From: a virus | Taxonomy: Duplodnaviria > Caudoviricetes | DNA: 64,000 nucleotides | Direction: 5' to 3' (one strand) | Virus record (IMG/VR): IMGVR_UViG_3300009687_000008 | Location: 1 to 64,000 of that record | In this document: positions 24,570 to 34,957 of the stretch, in pieces | How the letters are laid out: each line of letters begins with the position of its first letter | How positions within the stretch are numbered: position 1 is the first letter of the stretch | Notes under the pieces: model-generated | What the model was told of the DNA's origin: nothing | Databases searched by the model: none | What the model saw: only the letters and a program-made list of their open reading frames with translations | Position numbers and translations under genes: made by a program

Positions 24570-25543
24570 TATATCGAACTTTCTTTTAATTTAAAACTAG
24601 ATTTTAATACATCTACAACACCTTCACGTCCGAAATCCTCGTTAACTTTTGAAATGTCATATCCGTCTTTCATCTTTATTATTTTTACTTTACCGTATAA
24701 TCTACCAACATTTAATTGTGTATAAATTTGTTTAGCCCTAGTCCACGCATCATCATCTAATAACACAACAACCCAACTATTGGCGTTCTTCATAATTAAA
24801 TCATATAACTTTGGATGTAAATCCTTACCTAACATTGGGATTGAATTGTAAACAACAATGTGGTCAAAAGGACCTTCAACTATATAAACAGTTGAGTCCC
24901 AATTAACAAGTTGCTCGTTGAAAATAACTTGTTCTCTAGGTAAGTCAGGATTTTTATATTTTGGTTTCTTTCGTGATAACCACGTTCTACCTGTGAAGTA
25001 ATTTAACTTACCCTCTTTATCATATGAAGGTACTATAATTCTATACCCATACTCACCAGAAGTGGTAAATCCCATTTTAAACTTATGGATAATATCGGGT
25101 GTTAAATTTCTCTCTTTGGTTAAGTAATTCCAAGCTTCTTTATATTGAATACTGTTGGGGTTGGAATCTTTAAAGGATTGATACTCTTCAGGTAATTGTA
25201 TCTCCCTAACTTCTTGAATTACTTTCTTCCCTGTTTTAATTTCTTCTAAAACAATACCTAATTGTTTCAGTTTTTTACGATGTTCTTTTCTACCAAACTT
25301 TGTGATTAATTTACCAATAGAACCGTGGGTTTGGTGAGTACCACCACAAGCCCAACAATGATAAACACCTTTATTTAGGTTAACCTCAAAGTTACCTTTA
25401 CCGTCACCCTCTGGTGTGTCATTTTCAACCGAACAAACAGGACAATCAAACGCAAATTGAGATTTTGTACGGTTCTCCTTTCTTGGATTCCCTAAAATTT
25501 CAATTATAATATCTAAGAGTAAATTAGATTCAATTTGTCCCAT
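24569..25543 (-). CDS. dnaG: DNA primase (Zn-binding plus TOPRIM)
   Basis: CPVC...HCWAC Zn ribbon, IIVP, KYKNP, VEGPFD, LDDDA. Confidence 0.85.
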   Translation of the reverse strand: MGQIESNLLLDIIIEILGNPRKENRTKSQFAFDCPVCSVENDTPEGDGKGNFEVNLNKGVYHCWACGGTHQTHGSIGKLITKFGRKEHRKKLKQLGIVLEEIKTGKKVIQEVREIQLPEEYQSFKDSNPNSIQYKEAWNYLTKERNLTPDIIHKFKMGFTTSGEYGYRIIVPSYDKEGKLNYFTGRTWLSRKKPKYKNPDLPREQVIFNEQLVNWDSTVYIVEGPFDHIVVYNSIPMLGKDLHPKLYDLIMKNANSWVVVLLDDDAWTRAKQIYTQLNVGRLYGKVKIIKMKDGYDISKVNEDFGREGVVDVLKSSFKLKESSI

Positions 25544-25608
25544 ATAGAAAATATAAGAAAAAGATATTGGTTAGTAAATTACTTGGTTATTCAATATATT
25601 TATTGTAT

Positions 25609-26343
25609 ATGGAATACAAGAAAATAATTAAGAATATGTTGATGGAGGATAACGATTTTTACAGTTATTACCAAGAGGGGTATAATACTTATACTTATAG
25701 TCCTTATACTAAACTTCGTTCTAAACATCTAACAAATCCTAAGTATATGGAGATTGTTGAAAAAAACGTTACAAGTGGTAAGAATTTAGTAATTCACCCA
25801 GATGATAGAACTACAGATTTTCTTGACCCTTCTTACGCTGACCTTGACGCAAGAGTTATGACAACTCAAAAAGAAATGTTTAATCTTAGAGAAAACATGA
25901 GACAATATGATAGAATTATCATGATGGGTCACGGTTCACCTATGGGTTTAATGATGCCTAAAATTACTTTAAATGGTGTTGATTTAATCGACGGTGAGTT
26001 ACACAAATATAGTCTACACAGTCTTAACAGTAGTTTTGTTGATATCCTAAAAACAAAACCTATTGTCGCTGTTTGGTGTAATGCCGACCAATTTGTTCTT
26101 AAACATGATTTACATGGTTTCTACACAGGAATGGTAATCTCTGAAATGTGTGAGGCTAACTACTGTAACGTTCACAAATGTAACACGAAGGATTTGGAAG
26201 AATCGAATAGATTATTTACTGAAGCTTTAAGAGCGGCAATAAAAATTCAATCACCAGAAGCGGTTAAAGTATTTAAAGAAATTTACAATAATCCTAAGAA
26301 TGAAATTATGAATTATAATAGACAAAGAATCTATTATAGATAA
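25609..26343 (+). CDS. Hypothetical protein, candidate clan CD (caspase/gingipain-fold) cysteine peptidase; start reassigned to ATG 25609
   Basis: IIMMGHG and IVAVWC motifs; TATATTTATT motif just before ATG 25609. Confidence 0.55.
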   Translation: MEYKKIIKNMLMEDNDFYSYYQEGYNTYTYSPYTKLRSKHLTNPKYMEIVEKNVTSGKNLVIHPDDRTTDFLDPSYADLDARVMTTQKEMFNLRENMRQYDRIIMMGHGSPMGLMMPKITLNGVDLIDGELHKYSLHSLNSSFVDILKTKPIVAVWCNADQFVLKHDLHGFYTGMVISEMCEANYCNVHKCNTKDLEESNRLFTEALRAAIKIQSPEAVKVFKEIYNNPKNEIMNYNRQRIYYR

Positions 26344-26371
26344 AAAAAAAGGGACTTAAGTCCCTTTTTTT
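26342..26371. terminator. Bidirectional Rho-independent terminator
   Basis: A9-GGGAC-TTAA-GTCCC-T7 between convergent genes. Confidence 0.85.
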
Positions 26372-26987
26372 ATTTCCAATAACCTTCTTTTCTCATAAAC
26401 CCTAGAACGGCTGTATAAGCATCCGTCATATCGAAATTCTCTTTCTTAAGGATATTATGTTTGTTATATTCCCAAACAATTTGTGGTTCACGGTCTGCAA
26501 CTAAATCCCAAATAATTTGTTTCTTATCAACATCCCAAGGGTGTCCGCCAAATAAAACAGGTTTCTTCTTACTTAATTCTTTTTCATTGTAAGGTACGCC
26601 CTTTTTATCGTGAGTTCTAATTGCCATTAATTGTGGGAAAGCATAAGCACGAGAATCATATGAAGATATGAATTCTGGTGTTACACCTAAAACCTCACTA
26701 ACGATTTTTGAAATCATCCCGTTGAATTTAAGAAGTGTTCCAACGGTATAAACATTATTACTATTGAGTAGTGGTTCTTCAATTACAACTTTCTCAATAT
26801 CGAGTTCGATGTATCTTGTTAAAAGCTTCTCAAATGCATCAACTTTCTTAAAAAGTTCTTCCAATTTGTTCTCAGGTAATGGTTTAATTTTTGGTGTAAT
26901 ATGTGTTAACTCCAATAATTTACCATCTTCTTCAAACAGTGCCATACCAATTGTTTTGGTGGACACATCTAAGCCTAAAATTCTCAT
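26370..26987 (-). CDS. ruvC: RuvC-like Holliday junction resolvase
   Basis: ILGLDVS, VVIEEP, DMTDAY acidic catalytic set. Confidence 0.8.
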   Translation of the reverse strand: MRILGLDVSTKTIGMALFEEDGKLLELTHITPKIKPLPENKLEELFKKVDAFEKLLTRYIELDIEKVVIEEPLLNSNNVYTVGTLLKFNGMISKIVSEVLGVTPEFISSYDSRAYAFPQLMAIRTHDKKGVPYNEKELSKKKPVLFGGHPWDVDKKQIIWDLVADREPQIVWEYNKHNILKKENFDMTDAYTAVLGFMRKEGYWK

Positions 26988-27011
26988 TTAAAAACATTAA
27001 TTTAATTATTA

Positions 27012-28214
27012 TTATATAGTAAAACCAGGGTCTATTCTACCTCTAAGGTCTAAACCATTTTCATTAATTCCACTATCAAGTGGTAACATAAACTCTAATG
27101 GTTGTACATTACCCATTACTAAAGCCTCATCAAGTTGTGCTATCGCAACAACACTACCGTCAGAAGCGTGAAGACAAATTTTATCAACTGCTAAATCACA
27201 ACCATCGTTTTGTCCTATATATGATGGGTTGGATGTTGCATTAGGTTCATCTGAAGGGATTGTAAGATTGATTTTAAGTTGTGTACTATAATCGATATCA
27301 CTTGTTACAACAAATGTGGTTCCTGAATTAGTTGGTGTTGCTCCTGTGTAGAAACTACCACTAAAAGTGGTTAAATCTAACGCGTTCACAATTTCTGGGG
27401 AGAATAAAACACCCACACCCTTATCTATATAGTAGAGTCCAACAACTCTATCATAACCATATGATGTATTCCATCTTGTTGGGTTTGTTTGACCAGCTCT
27501 AAAGCCAGCTAATTGTCCATTAAATCTACCATATCTATTTGTCTCACCATAACCAGTAGACCAAGAAACACTAGTTCCTGTAGAACCAGTGAATGTGTAA
27601 TAAACACTATCGCTAAATAACGGTACTACTTTGGATTGGAAGTATGGATAATCTGTATCTGCCGGATTTGGGTTTGATCCCTCAACATAGGAGTAACCAA
27701 TACCATAGGTTTCGAATATTCTACTTGGTTCACTTGTAACCATATCAATCTTAGCGCCAGAACATAAACTACTTGTATCTTTACCTAAACAACCTTCAGT
27801 GTAAAAGAAACTACTGTAAAGTGTAGTTGCTGTTAAACCTGAAGTCATACCTGTATAAGCTGAATTTAATGGGATATTAATCGCTAAATTATAACCATTT
27901 GTTTCAACTCTATATTGTTCTTGATTAATACTAAAAACGTAAGCCCCATAAGTACCAAAAGCACTTACTAAATCAGCTAAACTAGTATCCAAAACCCCAC
28001 CATAAGCATATGGTTGGTTCAACATATTCAAACTAGATTGGTCGTACATTCCCATTAATGACATCCATAAATGGTTAGTTGATTCAGTTTTATAAGTAGG
28101 ACTAGTTACTGGATCTAAGTAATACCATTTCCATTCAGTTGGGTGGATAGCAACGGTATATAAATCTGAAATATCTTTTACTGTTGCAATACTTGTTTTA
28201 TCTATTTTATACAT
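27012..28214 (-). CDS. Putative virion structural protein
   Basis: S/T/G/Y-rich 400-aa ORF at the end of the structural block; C-terminal VVAIAQLD motif parallels that of 29815..31914. Confidence 0.6.
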   Translation of the reverse strand: MYKIDKTSIATVKDISDLYTVAIHPTEWKWYYLDPVTSPTYKTESTNHLWMSLMGMYDQSSLNMLNQPYAYGGVLDTSLADLVSAFGTYGAYVFSINQEQYRVETNGYNLAINIPLNSAYTGMTSGLTATTLYSSFFYTEGCLGKDTSSLCSGAKIDMVTSEPSRIFETYGIGYSYVEGSNPNPADTDYPYFQSKVVPLFSDSVYYTFTGSTGTSVSWSTGYGETNRYGRFNGQLAGFRAGQTNPTRWNTSYGYDRVVGLYYIDKGVGVLFSPEIVNALDLTTFSGSFYTGATPTNSGTTFVVTSDIDYSTQLKINLTIPSDEPNATSNPSYIGQNDGCDLAVDKICLHASDGSVVAIAQLDEALVMGNVQPLEFMLPLDSGINENGLDLRGRIDPGFTI

Positions 28215-28215
28215 T

Positions 28216-28443
28216 TTATAATGTTGTTAATTTCGCATTATTTTCATCACCCACCGCAAATAAATTATTCATTTCAGCTCCAGGTATTTGGACATTTACT
28301 GTTGGTGCCTCTTTATTTGTTTTTGAAATAAAAACTCTACTTTGTGATGAAAGTAAAAAGTTCTTGTCAGTTATTGTTCCTGAATATTCATTATCAGGGT
28401 ATCTATAAGTTAATAAGTAACTTGGTATGATTGATTTTGCCAT
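28216..28443 (-). CDS. Hypothetical protein (structural block)
   Basis: 75-aa coupled ORF. Confidence 0.55.
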   Translation of the reverse strand: MAKSIIPSYLLTYRYPDNEYSGTITDKNFLLSSQSRVFISKTNKEAPTVNVQIPGAEMNNLFAVGDENNAKLTTL

Positions 28444-29582
28444 TACACTAATTCTATAATTTCACCTTCTGATGATGGTACTAAAGAATCCGTAGGATCT
28501 AAAATAAAATTAATCACCAGTTTATTACCATAAATTTTGTTTAAATTATTTATAGTTCTATTTTCTAACGTCATATCAAAATTTAAAGGTACTTGATATT
28601 TTCCATCAACTAACTGACCGTTAGATTTGAAATAAAGATATAATCTATCTGTTAAACCTTTTAATGCTGATTGACCGTTAGTATTGAAGAAATTCATAAA
28701 ATACCCTATTTGGTCCTTAGATTTGGTATTGTATAATAATTTATTACTTCTTAAGTCATAAATCGTACCACCAATACTCATTGCCGGGTAAATCCAATCA
28801 TAATAATCAGTTTTAGATTCAACTTCTTCAAAATTAGTTACAAAACCAAAATTAGTATTATAACCCCAATAATCAGGTTGTAAACTAATTCTTAAATTAG
28901 TACCATCGATTTGTTTACCACCAACTAAAGCTGATGTCGCACCAAGCCTAAGGGGTGACCAAAATCTAGTTGATCCAAAACCTTCATAAAGATATTTTTC
29001 ACCACCCTTATCAACTCTCATAAATAAAGGGTTTATAGAACGATATCTATTGATATCTTCTTTTGATGAGAAAACATAACTAATTTTAAAATCGGTAGTA
29101 TTACTAATATCGTCAAAAGTACCTGTTGTAAAATTCTTTTCTCTAACCGTAAGACTTATATAGTCAAATATATCCATCGTTACTTTTTCTGTCATATCGA
29201 AAGAATACCCGTTAGTAAGAGCGTGGTTAAGATAATTAATCCATCTCATAACATGGAAGTTCACAGTTAAGTTAGGGTCTTTAAATTCGTCAGCACAATC
29301 TTCTTTATTAAAGAAAACAATCCCATTTTGAATTAAATCTTGAATTTCTTGTGTGGTAGGATTTGTCATCATACCTTGATAACCAGCTTTTGAACAATAT
29401 GCGGCTGTTTTAGGTGTTAAAGCATCTAACCCAGCTATCGATGGGATAATTGTTTGGTCACCTGTTACAGCATAATTTCTTCCAGAATCTCCTAAAGAAA
29501 AATACTGAATAGTATCTAACCAACCTTTCTTACCTAAAAGTTCAGCTCCATATTTTGTTGTATACAGTGTAATATTAGCCAT
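28443..29582 (-). CDS. Putative virion structural protein
   Basis: N-terminus TKYGAELL...YFSLGD parallels LTNEGRLLL...FRLGD of 29815..31914. Confidence 0.6.
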   Translation of the reverse strand: MANITLYTTKYGAELLGKKGWLDTIQYFSLGDSGRNYAVTGDQTIIPSIAGLDALTPKTAAYCSKAGYQGMMTNPTTQEIQDLIQNGIVFFNKEDCADEFKDPNLTVNFHVMRWINYLNHALTNGYSFDMTEKVTMDIFDYISLTVREKNFTTGTFDDISNTTDFKISYVFSSKEDINRYRSINPLFMRVDKGGEKYLYEGFGSTRFWSPLRLGATSALVGGKQIDGTNLRISLQPDYWGYNTNFGFVTNFEEVESKTDYYDWIYPAMSIGGTIYDLRSNKLLYNTKSKDQIGYFMNFFNTNGQSALKGLTDRLYLYFKSNGQLVDGKYQVPLNFDMTLENRTINNLNKIYGNKLVINFILDPTDSLVPSSEGEIIELV

Positions 29583-29812
29583 TATTTAGTTGTTATTTCA
29601 TATCTATTATTTATTAAATCTACTTTTGACTTCTCAGAACCATTTATATCTGGCATGAAATCAGGTGGAACATCTAAACTATAAATAAAGTTATCATTCC
29701 ATAGACTATAATAAAATATTTCATTTACTAAACCCTTTGTCATTAATAATTTCTTACCTTCTTTAGTGAGGACAAAATTAAGTGAGTTTGGGTTGCCATT
29801 TATAAAAGCCAT
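29582..29812 (-). CDS. Hypothetical protein (structural block)
   Basis: LTKEGKKLL motif shared with its neighbours. Confidence 0.6.
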   Translation of the reverse strand: MAFINGNPNSLNFVLTKEGKKLLMTKGLVNEIFYYSLWNDNFIYSLDVPPDFMPDINGSEKSKVDLINNRYEITTK

Positions 29813-29814
29813 AA

Positions 29815-31914
29815 TTATAAATCAAAAGCTATTTCAATTAATATGGTAGCGTTTGTTATTTTTTCAATAGGTAGATTTGTTTTACCAACCGCAACTAAAG
29901 GTCTATTACCTAATTGTGTTGGTGAACCGTATACATGAATTTCATCGATGTGAACTTTTTGTCCAGATGAGGCCCATGTTGGGTTTGTCGACCAATTGAA
30001 CATTGTTGGTGGAATTGCAAATACGAATTTTGTTCTATACTTGTTTGTAACACCAGTTGCTTCAACGTTACCATATAAAAATCTTTCATCACCAAATTGT
30101 AGATAATTTGATTCAGCTATCTGTGGTATCTTAATGAAATTACTCAAATCATAAGTTGTACCTGATAGATAGTCAGTGTTAGTTATCTCAAATTCAGACA
30201 CCACTAAATTATTTGGATCTATTCTTGTACCAAGTGTATGTCCAACAATGTCAGAAGTGTAGTCCATCAATTTCCATTGAGTTGGATCTGGGTAAGTACC
30301 TAAAGGTTGTTTTTGAGCTAAGATATAGAATTTATCTGCGTACCAACCAGTACCACCACTAACTTTCATGTATGGGAATTCGTTTGGTAATGTAACCTTA
30401 ATTGTTTTACTATCAATTGGGTTGCAGTCACAGTCTTCTGTTTCTGTTGTTACACAAACAATATTTTGACAGTGTAAACCACTTGTATACCCTGAAGTAC
30501 TTTCTAACATGTATGTTATATATACAACTTCAGTTCCATCAACAATACCGTCAATTAAACTTCCTAATTGTGTATTAGCTGTTGGAAGTGTCCAATTTCT
30601 ATTTGATTTATATGAAAGTGCTGCCACAAGTTCTTGGTTATCTAAACTAAACATATGAAGTTCAGGATAAATTCGACCAACTTTATTACTATATTTGTCT
30701 ACTAAGTCATAGTAATAAACATTTTTCTCCATTGAATTTGGTTGTGGAGCTGGATAAATTGTGTTACCAGATAATGTAACATATTGCATACTACCTGAAC
30801 CACTAAATACTTGTCCTATTGTTGTTGCACTATATTCTTTATGCCACATTAAAGTAGGTAAGATTAATTTAGGTGAATCAGGAATGGTAGTGTCAATATA
30901 GAATTTCTGACCATATTTTTGTTCACTTTGGTTATCACAAGTTTCTTTGTTAGTATAATGAATAAGACTAACAGAAGGTACTATATTACAAGCCGTATTA
31001 GCCGTATATAGATAACCTATCTCAGATGTATAACCAAAATATTCTTTTGTGCCTATATAAGTTTCTGAACCGTAGTCGTCGAAAGTTTCATGTGTTGAAG
31101 GGTTAACTCCTGGAATTGGGTATGACCAAACATTGTTCATGTTCCATACACAACCACCACTAAAGAACCCACCATCACTAAATAAAGTGTCTTTCGTAGT
31201 TCCTGTTCCTAATGGATAGAAAATTACTTGTGCTTCATTTGCTCCAACATAAGATGGGAAACTAGCAAAATTTCTATCTATAGTAATTTGTAAATCGTTA
31301 GATGCTAAAGTAGTACCGCTTACAATATCTTGTACTTGAAACCATAGATAAGGTACTGGAACTGTTAAATCTACAACATTAGGTGCCTGTGTTAATGACA
31401 ATTCATCATTACTCATCTTAACCATTAATAGGTCACCGATTTTAGGTTCATAAGTATTTGAACCATAAGTACCTGATTGTCTAATAGGAATAGAAGTACC
31501 ACCTGTTAAACCAGCTAAAGGAATAACCGCATCAGGTTGTAATACATGACAAACAGTATCAGTATAGGCTGTGTACTCAATAGTTGCACCTGAACCATAT
31601 TCAAAGAAACCAAGTCTTGGTGATTGAATTAAGGTCTGTAAAATTACAGGGGGTTGACTAGGCATACTAACATAAGTGTTAGTTGCATTTGCAGTAGGTA
31701 ATATTGGTGTTTTAATATCAGGATTTTCAGCCTTAGCTCTTATAATATTTTCCAATGTAATATCATATGTCGGACCTAAGGTGGTGTAATCAATATTTGA
31801 ATCACCTAACCTAAATGTGTCAAAGTTAAGTAGACCTAAAGAAAGTAGTAATCTACCCTCATTTGTAAGTCTAGCACTTATTACTGTATTGCTGTTTTTA
31901 TCTATATAACTCAC
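29815..31914 (-). CDS. Putative virion structural protein
   Basis: 699 aa, preceded by GATATTTAT; ARLTNEGR N-terminal and LVAVGK C-terminal motifs. Confidence 0.65.
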   Translation of the reverse strand: MSYIDKNSNTVISARLTNEGRLLLSLGLLNFDTFRLGDSNIDYTTLGPTYDITLENIIRAKAENPDIKTPILPTANATNTYVSMPSQPPVILQTLIQSPRLGFFEYGSGATIEYTAYTDTVCHVLQPDAVIPLAGLTGGTSIPIRQSGTYGSNTYEPKIGDLLMVKMSNDELSLTQAPNVVDLTVPVPYLWFQVQDIVSGTTLASNDLQITIDRNFASFPSYVGANEAQVIFYPLGTGTTKDTLFSDGGFFSGGCVWNMNNVWSYPIPGVNPSTHETFDDYGSETYIGTKEYFGYTSEIGYLYTANTACNIVPSVSLIHYTNKETCDNQSEQKYGQKFYIDTTIPDSPKLILPTLMWHKEYSATTIGQVFSGSGSMQYVTLSGNTIYPAPQPNSMEKNVYYYDLVDKYSNKVGRIYPELHMFSLDNQELVAALSYKSNRNWTLPTANTQLGSLIDGIVDGTEVVYITYMLESTSGYTSGLHCQNIVCVTTETEDCDCNPIDSKTIKVTLPNEFPYMKVSGGTGWYADKFYILAQKQPLGTYPDPTQWKLMDYTSDIVGHTLGTRIDPNNLVVSEFEITNTDYLSGTTYDLSNFIKIPQIAESNYLQFGDERFLYGNVEATGVTNKYRTKFVFAIPPTMFNWSTNPTWASSGQKVHIDEIHVYGSPTQLGNRPLVAVGKTNLPIEKITNATILIEIAFDL

Positions 31915-31929
31915 TTTCTACTTTTTTTT

Positions 31930-31938
31930 ATAAATATC
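31930..31938 (-). promoter_or_regulatory. Phage promoter motif GATATTTAT
   Basis: Exact motif 15 nt upstream of ATG 31914. Confidence 0.6.
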
Positions 31939-31957
31939 GTTATATTATCTTTTTATA

Positions 31958-34957
31958 TTATTTTTCAAAGAAGAAGTCCTTCTTTAATTTAGTTAATGCT
32001 GTTTTACCAGGGATGATACCAAAATAGTAATATGGTATATTTGACCTAGTATTTGGGTTGTTTCTGTTGTTTCTATCATTATATCTATCCCAACCATCAT
32101 TATCAGCCTCATTGAGGTCTGGACTTGTTGGTGTGATGGGTGAAACACCTCTAGTCCAATTATCGTTAGGTTTACCAACACAATTTGATGGGTTACCTCC
32201 ACAAGGACTAAATCTACTAGCCACATCCTTATCAACCACAAACCCACCGTAATTATTAGGATCGTTAACTAAATCACCGTAAGGGTTAGAAACTCCAGGT
32301 GGATTAAATTCATCTTGTGTTGGCGGTGGTGTATCTGATAATTGAATGTCTGTGTAAATTTTAGATACTTCTTTCATAAAGAAATACGGATTGTCTTGTA
32401 ACTCAAACTCGTGACATCCTCCTGGTCCCCAAAATAATTCTCTGAAACTACAAGGTGGGTTAGTTTGTGTTTTTGCTAAATAAAGTAGAACTTCTCTTGG
32501 ATCTTCATATGAACTTTCCTTTAAGAAATTCACCCAATAATTAGTATCCCAACCATCTTCAAAGAAAGTACCCGTAAAGAATGTTGCTGATTGTGTATAC
32601 TCACTTAATGCCTGACTAGCTTGAATTGAGGTTTCGATTTGTTCTAAAGTCTCTTGACACATTTCAATCCTACCTAATGACACAATTTTAGTTGATAACA
32701 ATGCGTTACAATATATAATATCACCTATATCGGTAGCACCAGTTTCTTTTGATGTTGTTGCGCTATTGTGCCAAACTTCATGATAGTTACCAACACCAAC
32801 ATAAGGATGACCCTTTGTTGTATTAGGGCCTCTCAATAAACATCTTGCGCATTGGTCACCACCATCGGTATCAATACAACATTTATTACTCTTATAGTTA
32901 TCACCTCTTAAATGGTCGGCTCCTGGTCCACAGAATTTCTCTTTTCCATTTCTATTTTTCTTATACTTAAATTGGAATAAGTATGCTGTTCCAAATACCC
33001 AAGCATCGTTAAACACTCTTCTAATAACATTTCTATTTTCAGCTGCGTTTAATTTAACACAACATTTCCAATCTAAAAGAGCTTGTAAACATGGGTTATT
33101 TCCTAAATTAGTGCCAGTAACGTCTAAATTTACACAGGTATCACATCCTGAACATGGATTTCCTTGACAACTACAGCCTAAAGTACTTCCACCACAACTT
33201 GCTGGGTTACAACTTGCCCAAGTACCACCACTTGGTGGGATATCATATCCCTCACCGTTTGGTGCGTTCTCACAAGGTAGTTGGAACTGAGGGATTAACC
33301 CTCCTAACCAAGCAAATGGACATATTTGATAACAGAAATCTACTAAAGTGAAATCAATGGTAAAACCTAAACTTATCTTAACCAAGGTGGGGCCATCCCA
33401 ACTCCAATAAAACCTTATCTTAACACAGAATTTTATACATAGACTTACTAATATTATTAGAAGTTTCAGTATAAAAGATATTTTATCTATAATAAAAGCA
33501 ATAATGTAGTATATAATATCAAACTTCCATATTGCATTAGTGAAAGGGAATAAGTTAGTTTCAGCACTAACATCAGTATTTTTAATACCTATATGACTAA
33601 ACCTGTTAGCCCCCTTTTTATATTTTTTAATATAATGAGCAATAGTATAAAGTTGTTTCCACTCAAATAAATGGAAATCTAATTCTGGATTTCTATATGC
33701 ATTAATATCATCAGTAAATCTTTGGTCTTCCGTACCACCAGGTGTACTACCATTAACAGACCCTAAAGTTCCACCAAAATCTCTACCCAAACTCGGGAAA
33801 AATATGTGTGCAGTTCTAAATTTAGGGTTCTCATTAGGTTCAACAAAGTTCATCTTAAACCTATATAAACCTTTAGTCGCTATACCCACAGAAGGGTCAG
33901 CTGAAGGAACTAAATTACCAAACTCATCGGTAATTACATGACCAAGATTCATTGGTACCGCATAAGCAAACGTACCATTCTCATCAATTAAATCACCACC
34001 ATTAACTGTAAAATTTTCTAATTCAGTAGGTACTATCTTATCGTTATTAACCCACTCTAATAAGTCATAATCTGAGGCCCTTATCATTTCGATACGACCA
34101 ACACCAGTTCTTAACTCATCCTCTTCACCCATATCATTTCTTGGGTTACATCCTTTATTTAAGTTCATCTTACCTGAGTCAGTAAAGATAGAACCAAAGA
34201 ATAAAGCGTTAGGTTTAATCTCTAAACCAGTATCAAAATCAGCTCTTGTAATACCAATTTCACAGGTTTCTGAATCACCCCAAAATGGTATTACTTCAAC
34301 ACCCCTATTACCTGTTTTAATTTGAGGTAATGAGTCTAGATTTGTTGAGGATTTAAATTCAACTCTCGATTTGAAGAGTTTTTCAGGGTAACCTTCTTCG
34401 ATTAAATCGTAAGGTCTAACACTTGCTGTTCCAATATCACTCATATCTAAATCCATATGAATCGTATATTGTCCAACAGGGACTCCAAATATCATGAAAT
34501 CTCCCGCATTGTTGGTTTTAGTTGTGTATTTGTAATATTTTTCAAAGACTTCCAACACTATATCATTATCTAAAACCTCCTCTTTAGTTGGGAATGTACC
34601 AACTGGAGTGTTTAGTTGACATGTTGATTTAGAAAGTAAAAGATTATATCTAATACCATCCTTATTTTTTTGAAAAGGTGTCTTAAATGGGTAAAGGTCC
34701 TTGATTAATTCATTTTTTTGGTCTTCATTTGTAATAGGAATAAAGATTGATACCTTTGCATTAGGCAAACCAAATCCTTTGTTTGCAATTACACGACCAA
34801 CAACAACACCGTAATTGGCACAAAATGGTTGGTACAAGTCTTCCTGACTAATTTTGAGACTTAATATCTCAAGAAAGTCAAAGTCTTGATCTAATTTGAA
34901 CCTAATATTTTTACTACTACCAGGTGTAGTTCTTATTCGTATTGATTGATTAGACAT
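31958..34957 (-). CDS. Putative virion protein with carboxypeptidase-regulatory-like beta-sandwich and Cys-rich region
   Basis: GVVVGRV...PNAKVSIF...TNNAGDFMIFGVPVGQYTIH; hydrophobic stretch and Cys cluster mid-protein. Confidence 0.6.
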   Translation of the reverse strand: MSNQSIRIRTTPGSSKNIRFKLDQDFDFLEILSLKISQEDLYQPFCANYGVVVGRVIANKGFGLPNAKVSIFIPITNEDQKNELIKDLYPFKTPFQKNKDGIRYNLLLSKSTCQLNTPVGTFPTKEEVLDNDIVLEVFEKYYKYTTKTNNAGDFMIFGVPVGQYTIHMDLDMSDIGTASVRPYDLIEEGYPEKLFKSRVEFKSSTNLDSLPQIKTGNRGVEVIPFWGDSETCEIGITRADFDTGLEIKPNALFFGSIFTDSGKMNLNKGCNPRNDMGEEDELRTGVGRIEMIRASDYDLLEWVNNDKIVPTELENFTVNGGDLIDENGTFAYAVPMNLGHVITDEFGNLVPSADPSVGIATKGLYRFKMNFVEPNENPKFRTAHIFFPSLGRDFGGTLGSVNGSTPGGTEDQRFTDDINAYRNPELDFHLFEWKQLYTIAHYIKKYKKGANRFSHIGIKNTDVSAETNLFPFTNAIWKFDIIYYIIAFIIDKISFILKLLIILVSLCIKFCVKIRFYWSWDGPTLVKISLGFTIDFTLVDFCYQICPFAWLGGLIPQFQLPCENAPNGEGYDIPPSGGTWASCNPASCGGSTLGCSCQGNPCSGCDTCVNLDVTGTNLGNNPCLQALLDWKCCVKLNAAENRNVIRRVFNDAWVFGTAYLFQFKYKKNRNGKEKFCGPGADHLRGDNYKSNKCCIDTDGGDQCARCLLRGPNTTKGHPYVGVGNYHEVWHNSATTSKETGATDIGDIIYCNALLSTKIVSLGRIEMCQETLEQIETSIQASQALSEYTQSATFFTGTFFEDGWDTNYWVNFLKESSYEDPREVLLYLAKTQTNPPCSFRELFWGPGGCHEFELQDNPYFFMKEVSKIYTDIQLSDTPPPTQDEFNPPGVSNPYGDLVNDPNNYGGFVVDKDVASRFSPCGGNPSNCVGKPNDNWTRGVSPITPTSPDLNEADNDGWDRYNDRNNRNNPNTRSNIPYYYFGIIPGKTALTKLKKDFFFEK

